Positions 11,726 to 25,378 of a stretch of 64,000 bases of DNA are shown here, piece by piece (position 1 is the stretch's first letter; every line of letters begins with the position of its first letter). The notes under the pieces were generated by a model. The model worked only from the letters and a program-made list of their open reading frames with translations, was not told the origin of the DNA and ran no database searches. This DNA comes from Azolla caroliniana (lineage: Eukaryota > Plantae > Polypodiophyta), in NCBI GenBank assembly GCA_043228905.1, contig JBHGNT010000001.1, forward strand, positions 558,001-622,000, in the 5' to 3' direction. The position numbers and the translations under genes are program-made.

Positions 11726-12498
11726 CGCACTTTGAACGCAAGGAAGAAGTGCATACTTAACCGAGCTGCGTACTTTAAGGGTTTTCTGGAAATTTTTAGG
11801 GCTTTTTTGAAATTTTTAGGGTTTTCCAAAAAAAATTCTCTCTATGTTTTGATCACACAATTCTTGATAAGAGAAGTGATCAATTTATGTGATATAATTG
11901 ACCTAAAACATTTCTTGTTTCAACATACTCTTCTTGAATATCGTTTCTTTCTTGATTCCATATTACCGTTAGTTTTCTCATTTCTGCTAGGCTTAAGGAA
12001 TACATATGTTATTCATTGGATTACCTTGGATGCGCTGATATTTTTTCCTACATTTTCTTCCTAGTGGTTGCATGTTTAAGCAATTGTAGTAGAAATGGAG
12101 GAAACGGGAAAAGAGAGGAGAGGAATGACAGAGAAAGATTAGTTTGCAACTTCTACCATCTTTGAGAAAAAACAATATGCACAAAAAGTGAGAGAGGGAG
12201 GGAGGGAGGAAAAGAAAGAAAGAAAGAAAATTAAGGATGAATGAATCGAACAAGGCGGCCATGGGGGGTGGGGGGGACAGACCCCATCCACCATCGTGTA
12301 ACAAATTCTTTTAATTTTATTATTTTTAGAAACTCATTTTATTGTTTTTTGGTGTTAGGAACATAGTTCCAAATTGGTTTGATGTAATTTCATCATGAAA
12401 CAGTGTAAATTTTTTTATTTGGATTTTGACCTCTATAGAATGCGCACTTAATAGAATGGTGTACTTAAGTGGGCACGTACTTAATCGAATGGTTACTG
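11726..12498. mobile_element. Non-autonomous Tc1/mariner (pogo-like) insertion, with only one terminus recognisable
   Basis: Flanked by TA on both sides. The empty-site paralogue at 11164-11237 reads ACTAACCATACAATATACTAATACACATAAAC, while this copy reads ACTAACCATACAATA[insert]TATACTAACACACATAAAC. The right end, reverse-complemented, is CAGTAACCATTCGATTAAGTACG, and there are subterminal TACTTAA repeats. Confidence 0.6.
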
Positions 12499-15344
12499 TA
12501 TACTAACACACATAAACTATTAGATGTTCACATTTAGTATCACGTTGATCGTGACATTTCTATTTGTATATATCCATACTTTTCTGCTCACTTAGTCATT
12601 GTGGTCCTTAATTGTCGTATTAACTTTAAATTATACTATCTTTCCTCTAACTTCGTTCACTCCTTTCTCTCACCAACGCCCCTTCTTTGAAATTTGAACT
12701 CATTTCCCTATATATTAAAATCACAATCATCATTACATGGCATTGTTATCATTCCTACCGTAAGAGTTGTGGAAAATCATTTTTTCGGGAGAGATTGTTG
12801 GCTAATTGTTGTGTATCAATTTCAAAGTTGTTATTTTTACAATGAAGAAAATGTGACGCTTTTTATGAAAAAAACATGAAAAACATGAGGCTCACTCATT
12901 ACTTTAAACTAACGCATTTCAAACCAACATAAAGTTTACCGTCACACCAACACACAATTGCTTTCTAGTTGTAATATTTGATGGACATATGAATTGAACT
13001 CTCTAACATTGCTTGAGCATGTATGTCTTGTTAAATAATATGCATAAACATTTATACATGGGTCGAAATTGAGTTTTTGTACCCCTAGAGGTATTTGTTT
13101 AATTTCAACCATGAGAATCATGCCATCTCCATGAAACATGATGGAACTAACAAAATCACAAGTTCCAAACACTAATTACAATCATTCCTCTTAAGAACTT
13201 AGATACACTTTTGGCATGAAACAATTTATCATGTCCACTCTTATTTGGCTCTCCAAAACAATTTGAATGGCTTCAAGGCACACATTTTATTTAGGAGAAA
13301 TACTCCATAAATATAGTAACCTTTAGTTCATTGATGGAATATGATACTCATGTTAAGAAAATGGTGTTTTTTTGTTAATGTATTAGGTGGCTCGGCTCGG
13401 CTTGGCTAGTTCAAGCTCGAATCGAGACATTGCTAACTTCTAGCAAATAGATTTAAAACTAAGGTTATTCTTGTGAATATACTCAAAACAAGGATAAACA
13501 TTGTGTATAATAAATAATAACAAACTACTTGCAACCATAAAAAAACTACAAATATTTTGGGCTCGAGGTTTCTTCCAATCATAGATGGAATATGCGTACT
13601 ACGCGCCGCATAAAAACAGTAGGGTTGGCTATGCATTGGAGAAGATATGCAATGGTGGAAGAATTAAACATTAGGTTCTCAAACGTGCCTTTTTAATTCT
13701 TGGCTAGGACTGATGCTTCTCTATGGGGTTGAAGTTATGGCAACAACGAGCTCACTTAGAAAAAGTTTGAAAGTGCCCAAAACCACTTTGTTATGAAGTT
13801 TTTGCAAGTCAAGCTACAACTATCGTACGCATTCCTTCTTCATGAGACTATTTCTCTTCTTGATGAGATCATGTTCTTTGAGTACATGCTTAAGGTTCAA
13901 AACCACCCCCACATCTAACTTCCCAAAATTAAATGGGAATCAAGTAGAAAGACCCCAAAAACACACAAAAATTGCTTTTGTGTGTTTAGCATTCGAATGG
14001 ATGCAATTTTGTGCATATTGCTTTCTATGTCATTAATACACATTCTCTTCCTAAGGTTAACTACATAAGGCCATATCCATATATGTCAAAACAAATTCAT
14101 TGATGTTGTTGTCGATGTTCAAGTTCTCCTCTTTGTAATACCCTTCCAAGATTTAAAGTGTTTGCTTCATAAAAAGTCTTCGAAATTGGCTTCATCTGGT
14201 GTATCGATGGCCACATACATAAATAAAGTTCAATTTTAGAGAGAGAGAGAGAGAAGAAAAATTTCCAATACCCATGTAGTTAGTGGGTGACCATACTTCA
14301 TTGTGACACCCATTGTAAGTAATGATTTTCACACACATTTATTAATATAATTGTGTGTTTTCACCAAACGATGCACATAAGACCTTCCTAAAATGATTGC
14401 ATAACCACTCTCTCATGTATGTATCTACTTTGTTAATTGTTAATTATTGTAGTACTTTGTCAATAAATTGCATAGTGCAATAACAAATTTCACTCACATT
14501 AGCTTTTCACATAAAAAGATAATGTGAACATTTTCCATGTTAAATTTACTTCAGTCACCTTTGGACCCAATTGTGGGTGATGGTGGTGTGGTGTGAAATG
14601 CATTTAATATCGGCAAAAAGTCACGAATCCATTCATTTCGAAGAGTAAATCAAACAGAAAGTTTACCGTGAAATGCATCCAAACGTATTACTTTGGGACA
14701 ACGAATGGAAAGTTTCAATAAGCAATCTGTGATGTTCTCCAATGTTTGCAAATTACAGAGTTGCCTCTTACAAAATCTACTCTTCGATGACATGTCAATC
14801 TCTCCAAGCACATCAACGAGAACAAAAGTTGTGAGCCAAAATCGATTGTAAACTATTATGTTAATTACTCACATGACAGATAACAAAACACCCGATTTTC
14901 ATGAGGATCATCCTCCTTGATTGCTAATAGCGAACCTGCATTTTGCCGATTTTGTAACCCCACCAAACAATTGTGGATGGGCGGCACATGTTAGTTTTTC
15001 AGATGGGTGTGTGATAGAGTTACATGCATTTGGTGAGCAACCCGCCATCCGGCCCTTCCTTCATCACCCCATTCTTTTTTTACCAAACAAATGAAGCAAC
15101 CAACAAACAAACAAATAAATGAATGAATGAATGAATGCATTACTACCAATCCATCTACTCTGTCTCTATCATATCTCTCTCAGATCTCTATTTGTGCATT
15201 TATTATAACTCCTCCTCCTCCTCCGCCCTTCCTTTTTTGGTCCTCTGCTTCTTCTTAGGTTTGGATTTTGAATCTAGCACCGCAAGAACACGGACCAAAA
15301 CCTCCTCCGAAGAGAAGAGAGAAACAGAGACAGATACACTAGTT

Positions 15345-17457
15345 ATGGCGAGCTTCGGTTCTGTGTTGAAGCGACTTTATCTTGCTGTCTACAACTGGGT
15401 TGTCTTCATTGGATGGTAAGCCTGGAGCCATATCTTCTCCGTGTCCGTTTGCTTCTCTTCTTCCTCTTCTTCTAGGCATGCGACCATCTGTTTATATTTC
15501 TTTCTAGGATTAGATATTCTATTCCATTTACAGGGTGGTTCGAGCCTCCCTTTCTAGTTTTGATGGGGTTTTTGAGCCTCTCTTTCTATTTTTCTCGAGG
15601 GGTTTATGGGCTTCTCTTTCAATTTCTCTCTTAGTGTGTATCGGGTGTACTATTAATTTTCCATGGCTTTATATTCTATTCCATACACAGGGGTTTTTAG
15701 CTTCATTTTCTATTTTTTCTACATTTTTTGAGCTTTCATTTTTGTTTCTTTCTAGGGATTGATCTTGTGGACAATTGTTTTTTCTACGGTTTGAAATGCT
15801 AATCCATTTTTCTAGGGTTTTTAAGCCTCCATGTCTGTTACATTTTTCTAGAGCTAGATTTTCTGTAAAGAGAAACAAAATGAAAAACTTTTCTCGCTTT
15901 TTTTTCTTTATTTCAGGTTTCAGGTGCTTTACTATGCAATTCAGGCTCTGAGAACATCAGGATATGAGGCTGTCTATGATGCTGTTGAGAAGCCATTGCA
16001 ATTTGCTCAAACTGCAGCTGTTTTGGAGGTATCTAGTGATGTCCCTTTTTTGTCATTGAATACTGTATGCTGAATTTTCTGTCAGTTTAACTAAGAAATT
16101 TGATTTGATTGTTGGTGTTTTTGTTTTTGTTTCACAGATCTTCAATAGTCTTGTAGGTAAGGTCATATTGTTTTTGAGTCCAAACCTTTTTAATTCCATA
16201 TACAGATTTTCTCTGTGCCTGTTCTAATTTTATTTCTCTATTGGAGTTGTAATTTAATCGTATTTTCAATTTGGATCCGCATGCCTCACATTAAGGCATT
16301 GTGAGGTCCCCTATTTCTGCAACATTGCCGCAGATTGGATCTCGCCTTTATGTTACATGGGCTGTCTTATGGAGCTTCCCAGAGGTATTTTTTATCAAAC
16401 AATTTCATTGGATTTCAATTAATGTGCTTGTTAAAATTATTTGTATTTTTGCTGATATAATACTATATTTACTTGGAGCCAGACTCGAACCAGCCCATTT
16501 GTTTCATCTTTGGTCATTAGCTGGTCCATTACAGAGGTAAGTTTCTCTTCTTTTATATATTATAGGAATATGCAGGAATGTGTGAGAACTCCTAAAACAA
16601 ATCGCACTAGCAAAATAGTTCAAAAAAGGCTTCTTTACATTGTAGACTTGCAACATATCAAATTATAGGATGTAGGTCCAAGTTCCCTTCAGTTCACACC
16701 AAAGATAATATTTTATTACTTAGTATGACACATTGCTTTTGCTGTAAACAATGCTCTTTTTTTATTAGTTAATCAGGTATTCATTCTTTGGTATGAGGGA
16801 GGCATTTGGGATTTCACCTTACTGGATGCAATGGCTAAGGTGGTTTAAATTATGCTTTTTTTCTCAACATACTGACTAATTTCAAATGGGACTTGTTATA
16901 TTACCTTAACATCACTAGAATTCTAATTTACGTAATTGGATTCTCCAGATATAGCACTTTCTATGTATTGTATCCAAGTGGCATCACAAGCGAAGTCTAC
17001 TTGATTTATCTTTCAATTCCATATGTCAAGGTAATGAAACTGGAAAAAAGAAAGAAAAGCCAGATTTGTCACTATTGATTGACATGTTTCCAGTGAGATC
17101 CCTTAAGAGATGATGATTTATGGTGGTTTGTGTGTGTGTACAGGCATCAGAACTGTACTGTCTCAGAATGCCGAACAAGTTTAACTTTGCATTTGATAAC
17201 TACTTTGCTTGCCTTGCGACACTTGCCACTTACGTGCCTGGTAAGCTAATAAACCTTGTATAATCTTTATAGATTACTCTTAAGATTTCTAATCTATAAC
17301 AAAATAGATTTACACTTGGAAGAGTTTCAAAAAGAATTATTTACTTAATACTCAATGCCATTCGTTGCTTTGCTGTTTTACAGGAAGTCCATACATGTAC
17401 ACATACATGATGGGCCAAAGAAGCAAGGCTCTGGCAAAGGCAAGAAAGACTGAATGA
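15345..17457 (+). CDS. PAS2: Very-long-chain (3R)-3-hydroxyacyl-CoA dehydratase (PASTICCINO2/PHS1/HACD family), 222 aa, 9 exons
   Basis: Exons 15345-15415, 15917-16028, 16138-16156, 16296-16384, 16483-16536, 16769-16839, 16949-17030, 17144-17240, 17384-17457. All introns are GT-AG and the 669 nt are in frame. Motifs: YLAVYNWVVFIGW, AQTAAVLE, VRSPISATLPQIGSRL, WSITELIRY, WLRYSTFYVLYPSGITSE (catalytic Y/E), and a basic C-terminal ER-retrieval-like tail. Confidence 0.95.
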
Positions 17458-18060
17458 TTTTGTTTCTTCAGCATTGTCGCCATGGAAAATATTTCTTGTT
17501 TTGAGAACAAATTAGGGGGGGAACCCTTGCTTTCAGATACTCTTCAGAAATGCCATAACAAGGTGAAACTGATGAGATATTTAGGCCCATCATATGTTCT
17601 TTGATCATAATAAACATTTTAATTTGAATGAGATTTTCTCTTGTCAAAATTGTGAGACTGTGGTTTCTTATTTCTTTCATTCAGAATGTACTTCAATACT
17701 TTCATGGAGTTCTAAGATATCTAATGTTGTATTATGAGTGCTACAGATGAAAATAATGTACTTCAATTAACAGTGATTCCAACTATTAAGTGTATGATAG
17801 TGCATGGCTCGAATCAGTAGAGATAGATGCAATTCTTCTGCATGTGTTTGTAATCACAAATGGAATTATTTGGAAATGTAATGAGAATTGGTGACCCCAT
17901 ATATTATTTTTTATCAAAGAAATTTGAATATAAATAAATAAATAAACAGGTCAATCTACTAATATTACTAGCAAATGCATCTGATCCTATTTTTCCTCAC
18001 TCCCATAGGTATTAATAACAGGTTGCTCCTCTAAAACTAACAAAGAATATGATTAGACGG

Positions 18061-18252
18061 TTTCCAATTAATCTTTTTAAGTATAGTGGTCTATATAGAA
18101 ACACCACTCTTTCAGAGCGAACAGATTATTAAATTGAGAAAAGTATCCTCATAATCTCCCGATTTCCAATTAATATTTTTAAGTACGGTGATCTATATAG
18201 AAACACCACTCTTTAAGATCGCACAGATTACTAAATTGAGAAGAGTATCCTC
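18061..18252. repeat. Two-copy tandem duplication, period ~102 bp, between convergent 3' ends
   Basis: TTTCCAATTAAT..TCTATATAGAAACACCACTCTTT..AAATTGAGAA..GTATCCTC at 18061 and 18163. Confidence 0.88.
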
Positions 18253-18731
18253 TAACATCTCTCAAATTTCAATATCAAGGGCAAAAAATGTTTACATCCT
18301 TAAGAAAATCCATTCACTCCGAAAACACCATACACACTGATCACAACAAAACGCTGGAGAAGGAATACACAAAACTAAAATGATCAAGTTATTTTTCATT
18401 AATTTTGCATTTTGACAAGATTGTCAACTGAATTATAAAACTTGGGAGGATGTCTATATAAAGAATAAGCAATTGCTTTGAATATGTAGTTAAAAAAAGA
18501 TGGTCAAAAAAGAATAAGCCATTGCTTTGAATATGTGGTAATGGAAGGATCCCCACACACATCCTTTCATATAGTTAGTGTATACATACTCTCATTCATG
18601 TCTTTTCTGACAAGCAACATGTACATACCACGATATATGCTCATGTGTGTATGCTCTGTTTCATTCCTCTGTAATTTCAACAATATAAAAACAGAGAATG
18701 CCGAGATATCTCCACATTTCAAGAAAACAAA

Positions 18732-21700
18732 TTACTTTCCTCGCTTCTTCATCTCACCATAGAGTATCACGCCAAACACAGTGAATGAGTAGCCGAGCAT
18801 GCCGGTGATCGATACAGGATTGCGGAACAGCAGAATGGAAACCACCACTGCGACAGCTCCTTTGGCATTCCCGAGTACCTGAGGTACAAAATGGTGAATA
18901 TACCATCAAACGGCAGTGGAGTATAAAGATGATTTAAATGCCGAGTTTTGATTTGAAAACCATTTAGGCTTTCTAATGAACTTTCGATAATGAGAGGGTT
19001 TCAAGGGGGGAACTCATACTCAAGCTGAGTAAAACTTGCATTTTGAAGCCCAAAATTGTACCCAAGGTGCTTATATCTCAACACGGCCTACAATTTTAAT
19101 TGTACCGTGTGTATATTCAGAAAGCATGGTACAATGTAAGTTGTACATGTTCAGATGGGAGTCATTGCCTCTCGATGGTCATACAAAAGTCAGAAAGAAG
19201 ACATAAGCCTCTATATGAAGTTTCAAACCTAGTCTACAATTTTTACTGTAGGGCCTTAATACATAAACATGGTTAAGGAATACCCCGTTTCATAAAATTC
19301 CATCTAAAAATAGCTGAAAGGGTGTAAAAACTAAAAAAGGTGCAAAATGAATGTTCATTGATGTATGAAAATTTACTTCAAATCTAAGGCTCAATTGGGT
19401 CTAATGATTGATGAAAACAAAGAAGATTTACAATAGAAATGGCAGAGCCAGGTTATCCAACCTAAACATATGGAGCAACAAAAATGATATGCATAAAGTT
19501 TATGAAAAAATTAACAGCCTGCACAAAAAATTGGAAGGTAAAAAATCATTGACGTGAACCATCAAAAGACCACCGAAAATTATTTTAAGAAACAAAAATC
19601 TTTAGAGATTTTCTTCTGTGAGGACCGGAAAGAAATTACACACCTGAAGCGTCAAGGGGCTAGTGTGTTTGGTAACCAAAAAGTTGGTGAGATTCACAAA
19701 ATAAGCCATTATTGAGTTGACGAGCAAATACAAGATAATACGTGGATCTTGCTTGGCCAAGGCAATCGTAATGCCAAGCACATTTGATTCCATGATAAGA
19801 GTAGCCGGTAATAGCACCACAATAGCAATGGGAGCCATGTACAGAAGCAGGTTCATGGAGTTCAGCTTTTCGCTGTAAACATATTGATATATATGTAATA
19901 GTACACACCAAACATCAGATAAAAACTGATGTACAGCTAGGAAACTTCAAGGAGATGAAAGATTTTAGCATTAGATCTACAAAAACAATTAGGGCATTAT
20001 AAGATATGTATAAATTTTTACCCCTCAGATGACAACAAGATGCCTTGTAGAACCGACTTAAAAGCTCTGGCAGCAGTTGCTGCTATACACATAATGAAGC
20101 CATATAGATGAAAACTAGGTTCTCCCTGCAGCAAATAACATTAAGATTAACTCGTCGCGACACTATCTTCACATTCTATAAGTATGGCTCTATACAAGCA
20201 TAATCTAGTCCTTAATGAGATTGCCTGTGAAACTGACATATTGTTAATCAATTGAGAAAACAATTGTAAATTGCGACAATTTTGAAATGGACAAAAACCA
20301 TTTTACAACCAGACAATAAGGAGATGTTCATTTTTCTTGATTGACCACAGTATTTAAATATTGGTAACAAGGAATACACTACAACAGCAACATTTTAGGG
20401 CTTGGTTGCTCTACTACTCATCCATTCAGATCCCATCCTTAAACATCTCTATTATTGAGCGAATTTAGGATTTTTTTGCTCAATTATCCAAACATTTAGA
20501 AACTGGCATAACCATCTCTATAGTTGAGAAACAATCAAGGGTTTTAACCAGCAACCAATATCCCACCCATTTAGAAACTGGCATAGAACATCTACAATTG
20601 ATCAACAATGTGGGCGGAATCTTCAATATTTTATCAGTAACCCAAACATTTACAAACTGGCATAGAACATTCAGAGGATGAAACATAGACCATTCTGATA
20701 TCTCAGACTAATCGTTGGACCTACTTCACATTCTCTGGTCTGAGCTCCCTCTTCTCATTAACATTCAGAGGATGAAACATAGACCATTAACTGGGAATGG
20801 TCAATATATTAATCCCCATCCCCAATGTACACCATACAACTAATGAACTATGATAATAAATCCTGCATTTGCAACTACACAGTATCAAATTAGACATGTA
20901 AAGTTACACCACATCAATATATGATCTCTTCTACTATTAACAAACACTCTATTACCTTCCGTGCCACAAAGATACACTCGTTGGCCATCTGGAATTTTTA
21001 AGGGGCAGGATAGTGTAGGATCGGAAAGTATAGTATATAAATACAGTAGTATCGTGATTCCATGATATCAACTCGGACATGTACAATGACAACAGCAGCA
21101 AGAAAAGTGCAGAAACCTAGTATAAAATAATCAAGAAGTTGTGGAAACCTAGTAAAATAATGCAAGAAGATGTTGAAAACTTCATATATAAAAGCGCATT
21201 CCCAGGGAATGCACATGCAGAGATGTGGATCTGATGTTAAATGCAATAAATAAGTGGAAACCCTTCAACGAAGCTGTGGAAACTTTCAAATAATGTAAGA
21301 AAGGTGCACAATCATTAAAACAACTAAGCAAGATTTGGAAACTCTGACAAAAAACATTGCGAGAACGGTGTGGAAACCCTCATAAAAGATTTGGAAAAGA
21401 TAGAAAAAGAATGCAAGCAAGATGTGGAGAAAAGATCTGGTGTAAAACAATTCAAGAAATATATGGAAAGCAATATAAGCAAAGAACATTGCTGAAAACA
21501 ATATATCAAAAAATGTGAGTTGGAAAAAATAATAATATAAAATCTAGTCACAAAACAGAATGAAGAGGGATAAAAAAAAAAATAGTGATAAACTAACCCC
21601 GCTGGCGATGATAACGCCTCCAACGACGGGTATCAAGGTAGCATAGGTGAGCCACGACTCTCTTTTGAAGGTCATGAGGTAGGCGAAGACGGCAGTGAAG

Positions 21701-22149
21701 AAGGGAGTGGTGGCTCCAACAGCTTGATTGAAGGAGACGGGAAGGAAGCGCAGACTGATGTTGCCACTCACAACCGATGCACAGAACACGATGCTGAGCA
21801 CCGAGATCTTGAAGAATTGGACACGGGACCGAATGCTCTGCATCGGGACCATCTTGAGCCACGCGATCCCGACATAGCTCAACACTGCGCATGCTGCCAT
21901 GTGGCACATAGTGAGGAAGATTGGGTACTTGAATCCATAGTTGGAGAGAAGATACTTGTTGAGCAAGAGGACCCCTATGTTGGAGAAATACCATGAGCCA
22001 ATCAAGCTTAGGGTGAACATCCTCCCCGATGATGATGATGATGACTTCCCGTTGTTGCCTCCACCTGGGGACGGTAGGCCGTGTGGCAATACTCCATTGG
22101 TGGACGACCCTTTCTTTTCTCTCCCGGGCAATAGAGAGGTTGTCATCAT
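18732..22149 (-). CDS. Golgi nucleotide-sugar transporter, TPT-domain UUAT (UDP-uronic acid transporter, At3g11320-like) clade, ~343 aa, 4 exons
   Basis: Exons 22149-21598, 20125-20022, 19872-19644, 18878-18732, GT-AG and in frame. Motifs: [95 protein letters not shown]. Confidence 0.95.
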
Positions 22150-22200
22150 CTTTATATATAAATCTATACGTCAACTGTGCCCACTTCAAGATCTGATCAG

Positions 22201-22264
22201 ATTAGGGTTTAGGATTGCAGCGTTGCCAGAGATTAGGGTGTTGCCATAGCCGGAAATTAGGGTG
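22201..22264 (-). promoter_or_regulatory. Telo-box (AAACCCTAAT) plus two variants in the transporter 5' leader
   Basis: ATTAGGGTTT at 22201, and ATTAGGGTG near 22232 and 22256, 50-115 bp upstream of the ATG. A site-II-like TGGGCC lies near 22763. Function is inferred only. Confidence 0.45.
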
Positions 22265-23899
22265 TATAGAGTCGGGAGGGTTTGTGTTTGTGGATGAGAA
22301 AAGATAGGATCAGGCCATGTGTGGGAGAATGAGTGAGGGGGTTGGATCTTGTCTGCTGTCTGCGTGTGGGGGATGAGGAGGGATCTGTGCAAATGGAGGT
22401 GGGAATGGAAGTCTTTCTTGTTTGATGCACGGAGAGAGAGAGAGGGAGAGAGAGAGAGAGAGAGAAGGCACGCAGACACGCAGACACGCAGGACTCGTTC
22501 ATGGGACGTGGGTCAGGAAAGCGGAAAAGCCAGAGACAATGGCCAAAAGAAAAGGAATGCGCACAAAAAACAGGGGAGGGGGGGAGGGGTAAGTAAGTGT
22601 GCCAAACGTGTGGTGCGTGGTCACTGGTATCTATCGTTTGATGTCATTGTCACTCCCTCAGGGAGCAGCCAGCCAGCAGCAGGGGAAGAAGGTGAATGGA
22701 ATGGAATGGAGAGCCAGCCTAGAGACCATTCGCTGATATGTAAATGGCGGGCCGGGGTGGGATGGGCCGGCCTCGCCCAGCCAGCCATGAAATGACTGAC
22801 TAGGAGGTGTTGTTTTGCTCGACTGACTTTGAGTTCCATCCCAATCAATCGACTTCTTCTGTCTTATATCTTCATCTCGACCGTTGCGCCACTCTCGTTG
22901 ATTTGTAAAAGAAGCACGATACTTTTGTTGGGATATGTACTTTAAATTCTGATTACTATGTATTTGATCCACCCGTACGTGTCTCTCTCGTTGTCCCCTC
23001 CATGTGGCTACGACCTCATTTAGTGACTTTGCCTTTGTTCTATGTGTATCAATCAATACTTGTTGAATGGCGTGTGCATCCTAAATGTCGTGTTCATAGA
23101 TAGAGCCTTGCACTATGCTATGTGATATGACATGGCACAACCCAAATTCACGACATTTATGTTATTTCAATGTAGAACGAATGTCCGGTTAGTTTGATGT
23201 GTAATCATCAGTTCATTTATTAGTGATGCTCACCTCATTCTTCACCCTCCACATGACGCGCATGTGCATTGTGAACCACAATTAAGTTGGTCTTCATATG
23301 TTTCTGTTTTGAGAGATGTTGACCGCAAGTAGTCAAATGTTCTATATTAATGAAGATTCAGTTTGAGAAAAAAGATCTCACATGACATGTCACAAGCGAA
23401 TTCACAGTAACATACACTAAGGGCATACATTTGACCCATGTCCCCGTTTTCACGCCAATTTGACAAGTGTACAAGATAACAACGAATGTACAAGCTCTTG
23501 AGTATTCATGTTTTGTGTAATTATGGTTCATAAGAGGCTACTTCATAGTAATCCCATTATTTAATGTATTCATGATCATCGAGATCTGAGTCATGTGATC
23601 ACCAATATCTCAAACCACCACGCATGACATGGTATGAGTCAAAATCCATATTAAATGGCCATCAAGAAATCAACTCATATTCGCCAATGGCAAGAAGAAG
23701 GTGCAAACTAGGGTAGCTATCAGTCGTGTGTGTGTGTATATATATACACCAGAATAGCAATAGGTCTATGTCCAATCTAAAATATCTAAGTGGGGAGGAA
23801 ACTAAATGGTTGCCTACTCATATCATGGGAATGTCTTTGGTATGTTATCAGTTATTGCGTGCGTGATCGTACCAATACTCATATTTTCCTTGGAAACAT

Positions 23900-24800
23900 G
23901 TGATGAGAAATAACATTATGCTCATTTTGCATAAAGTTATTTCTTGTGTGCCCAACATTGGTTGTCATAAATGTATATAGACTACCATTTTCCAACATGC
24001 AACACAACTAAAAAAACTAACTATAACCATTTCTAAAATTTGGGAATTATACAATACAAATGAACCAAGTAGAACACTCCATTAAATGAGTAATAATTCT
24101 TAGATAACTATTTTAGTTTTTAATGTAGACTTACTGCCCATTGATGAATTGAGTAAAATCTATGCACAAAGCTCATTTGAGCAAATATAATGTTTTCTGC
24201 AACCTGTTTGTATAATCAAATGTTGATAGGGAAGGCCATGTGATGGTATAATTGTTACTTTGTACCAAACCCATGAAACTTGGTTCTGATTCCTTTAAGA
24301 ATTCACCATATACACTTGTTTACATTTTATATTGACTCGGGTAACTTGTGTTGCTGATCGTATGCATGGAAAAGTCATGACATGTGTTTCTTGTTTATTG
24401 CAAATAATACATTCCGCATATATTGCGACACCAAACAATTTATGGCATCATCCATAATATTGTGTGTTTGCATGCTTCCAAAAAGGATGAATCCAAGCAT
24501 TGCACCATGACTCCATACAACATATCAATAATACCAAATCATTCTACAAAAGCATATATTCAAGCCGAAGGAAAAAATACTTGTGAAGTTCATTTATACA
24601 TATGCATCAATGGTTGTTACCCTTTCATGCTAGTTGATAGATCAATTCCAAACAACACAAGCATCATTATATGTACACAAGTTTGGGTACCATTGGATAT
24701 AATAAAAGTTAATGCATGTCGAGTAGGCCCAAATCATGTTTTTCTTCGTGTTTTGTATTTGAGAAGAAGTTGGAGATTAAAATGCCAAACAATTTAATCA
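23900..24800 (-). mobile_element. Highly decayed hAT-like transposase remnant
   Basis: Minus-strand fragments VTTIDAYV and KLFGVA loosely match the DEVTTID..HAYV and KLICFGADG motifs of plant hAT transposases. No intact ORF; limits are approximate. Confidence 0.35.
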
Positions 24801-25094
24801 TACATCATTAGGATTTGATAATGTATTTACTTGTGATTTTGGGTGGAAGAAACAAAATAGGCATATCATAATTAAGGAGCAATGTTAAATGCTAATTTAA
24901 ATTATGGGTAGGACAAGTGAGAAGGTGGTTTTTGCCTATGACTTGGGACAACTCGCAGATTGAGGACAAGTGGAACATGTCGTGGTCTATGAAGCTAATA
25001 CATCTCTTAACTATAGACCCACGACATGTCGGGGACTAAAGACCCACTTTAACACAATATCCTATAGACATTATTAAGGTTCTATTGTTGGGAC

Positions 25095-25378
25095 CATAGT
25101 ACGTAAAATTCGTGTTCGTCTAGTATAACATTCGTTTTCCTACGTTGGAAAACGAATGCGAATGTTATCCTAACATTCTTGTGTTTTTTTTTTGTTTTTT
25201 TCCCATTTTTTTAATGTTTTTTATTGTTTTTTTTTCATTTTTACGCTTATCTACCTCATAATAAATAGTTAATCCAAAAGTATGATATTTATCATTCTTT
25301 GAGGGTGTTTTTCTTTCGCGAATGATTTAATCATTCGCGAATGCGAATGCACGTATGGTACGTATGGTTCATACTATG
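25095..25378. mobile_element. hAT-family MITE (284 bp) with 8-bp TSD GTTGGGAC
   Basis: Termini CATAGTA...TACTATG. A perfect GTTGGGAC lies at 25087-25094 and 25379-25386, and there are multiple subterminal ATTCG/CGAAT motifs. Confidence 0.9.

Noticed and set aside
12860-13430. Possible hAT transposase debris and GCTCG subterminal repeats
   Set aside because: Too decayed to define boundaries or motifs by eye.
21593-22249. Alternative-frame ORFs of 90-198 aa
   Set aside because: Shadows of transporter exon 1.
22186-23056. ORFs of 75-148 aa upstream of the transporter
   Set aside because: Promoter and UTR sequence with a GA microsatellite; no recognisable domain.
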